Source: a virus
DNA length: 64,000 nucleotides
Reading direction: 5' to 3' (one strand)
Virus record (IMG/VR): IMGVR_UViG_3300008267_000018
Span: 1 to 64,000 of that record
Part shown: positions 63,403-64,000 of the stretch, piece by piece
How the letters are laid out: each line of letters opens with the position of its first letter
Position numbering within the stretch: the stretch's first letter is position 1
Position numbers and translations under genes: made by a program
The notes under the pieces: model-generated
Seen by the model: only the letters and a program-made list of their open reading frames with translations
Databases searched by the model: none
What the model was told of the DNA's origin: nothing

Positions 63403-64000
63403 ATGGCAGGAATTGCATTCTTAGGAAATATTGGCAGTACCGGAACCTCCACTGGTCCGCATGGTCACGTCTATGTAAAGGACCTTGGCACTGGAAAACA
63501 TATTGATCCGAGCACTATTCGTAGTGCTTTAACTGGGTTGCGTATTGGCGAGCAAAAAATTCCTGCAATTATCAAAAACAAAGAAGGTCAATTAGTTTTA
63601 AACCCGGCTTCCAACGTAGCCGTCACATCTAAATTTGGTCCTCGCACTGCGCCAACTGCTGGAGCATCTTCTTTCCACCAAGGTGAAGATTGGGCTCTTC
63701 CTCAGGGAACTCCTGTTTATATGGAAGGTGCGGGTAAGTTTACCCCCCTTGCCAATCAAGGTGGTTACGGAAACCTGGCAACATTTAAAACAGGAGATAA
63801 CAAATACGAAGTAGGTATCGGACACATGGCAAGCCTTGGCAAGGCTGCAGAATTCGCAAGCAATCAAACGCCAACTGCTAACGCACAAAACACTGGATCC
63901 AATATGGATTCTTTTGTGCAAGCCATGATGTACGGAGCATCCCTGGCACAACCCAAGCAAAAGACTTTGCAGCAGTCTATGTTTGAACAGATGGCAGCTT
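63403..64000 (+). CDS. M23 peptidase, circularly permuted (3'-partial; not in ORF track)
   Basis: IGSTGTSTGPHGH..IDP comes before TSKFGPR..HQGED..GTPV..GGYGN..GHM. Confidence 0.8.
   Translation, partial: MAGIAFLGNIGSTGTSTGPHGHVYVKDLGTGKHIDPSTIRSALTGLRIGEQKIPAIIKNKEGQLVLNPASNVAVTSKFGPRTAPTAGASSFHQGEDWALPQGTPVYMEGAGKFTPLANQGGYGNLATFKTGDNKYEVGIGHMASLGKAAEFASNQTPTANAQNTGSNMDSFVQAMMYGASLAQPKQKTLQQSMFEQMAA

Overview
A 64-kb segment of a lytic-looking dsDNA tailed phage, very probably a cyanophage (CP12-like microprotein, T7-type Tyr762 PolA, ThyX, SpeD, N4-gp56-type major capsid protein). Resemblance to S-EIV1-like freshwater Synechococcus phages is from memory and unverified. Layout: lysis, glycosylation, primase and accessory genes at 1-19 kb; a minus-strand early/replication arm of many small genes at about 19-44 kb; a plus-strand late arm (putative internal virion proteins, terminase, portal, scaffold, capsid) at 44-64 kb. 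No integrase, CRISPR array or reverse transcriptase was seen. The strongest unexplained signals are non-coding. (1) A 25-28-nt H-type RNA pseudoknot with compensatory base changes occurs in nine dispersed copies, each 20-33 nt upstream of an SD-less early/replication gene, suggesting a phage-wide translational or RNA-stability regulon. (2) An intergenic RNA locus at 15.0-15.7 kb holds a small RNA, a roughly 385-nt multi-pseudoknotted RNA and two tRNA-like elements with defective anticodon arms. Also found: a C-terminal-only CP12, a circularly permuted M23 peptidase, two homing endonucleases that replaced their target gene's 3' end with a recoded copy, a 572-nt portal/scaffold overlap, a shuffled paralog array and a candidate replication origin. 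All annotations are by-eye motif recognition; no database searches were run.
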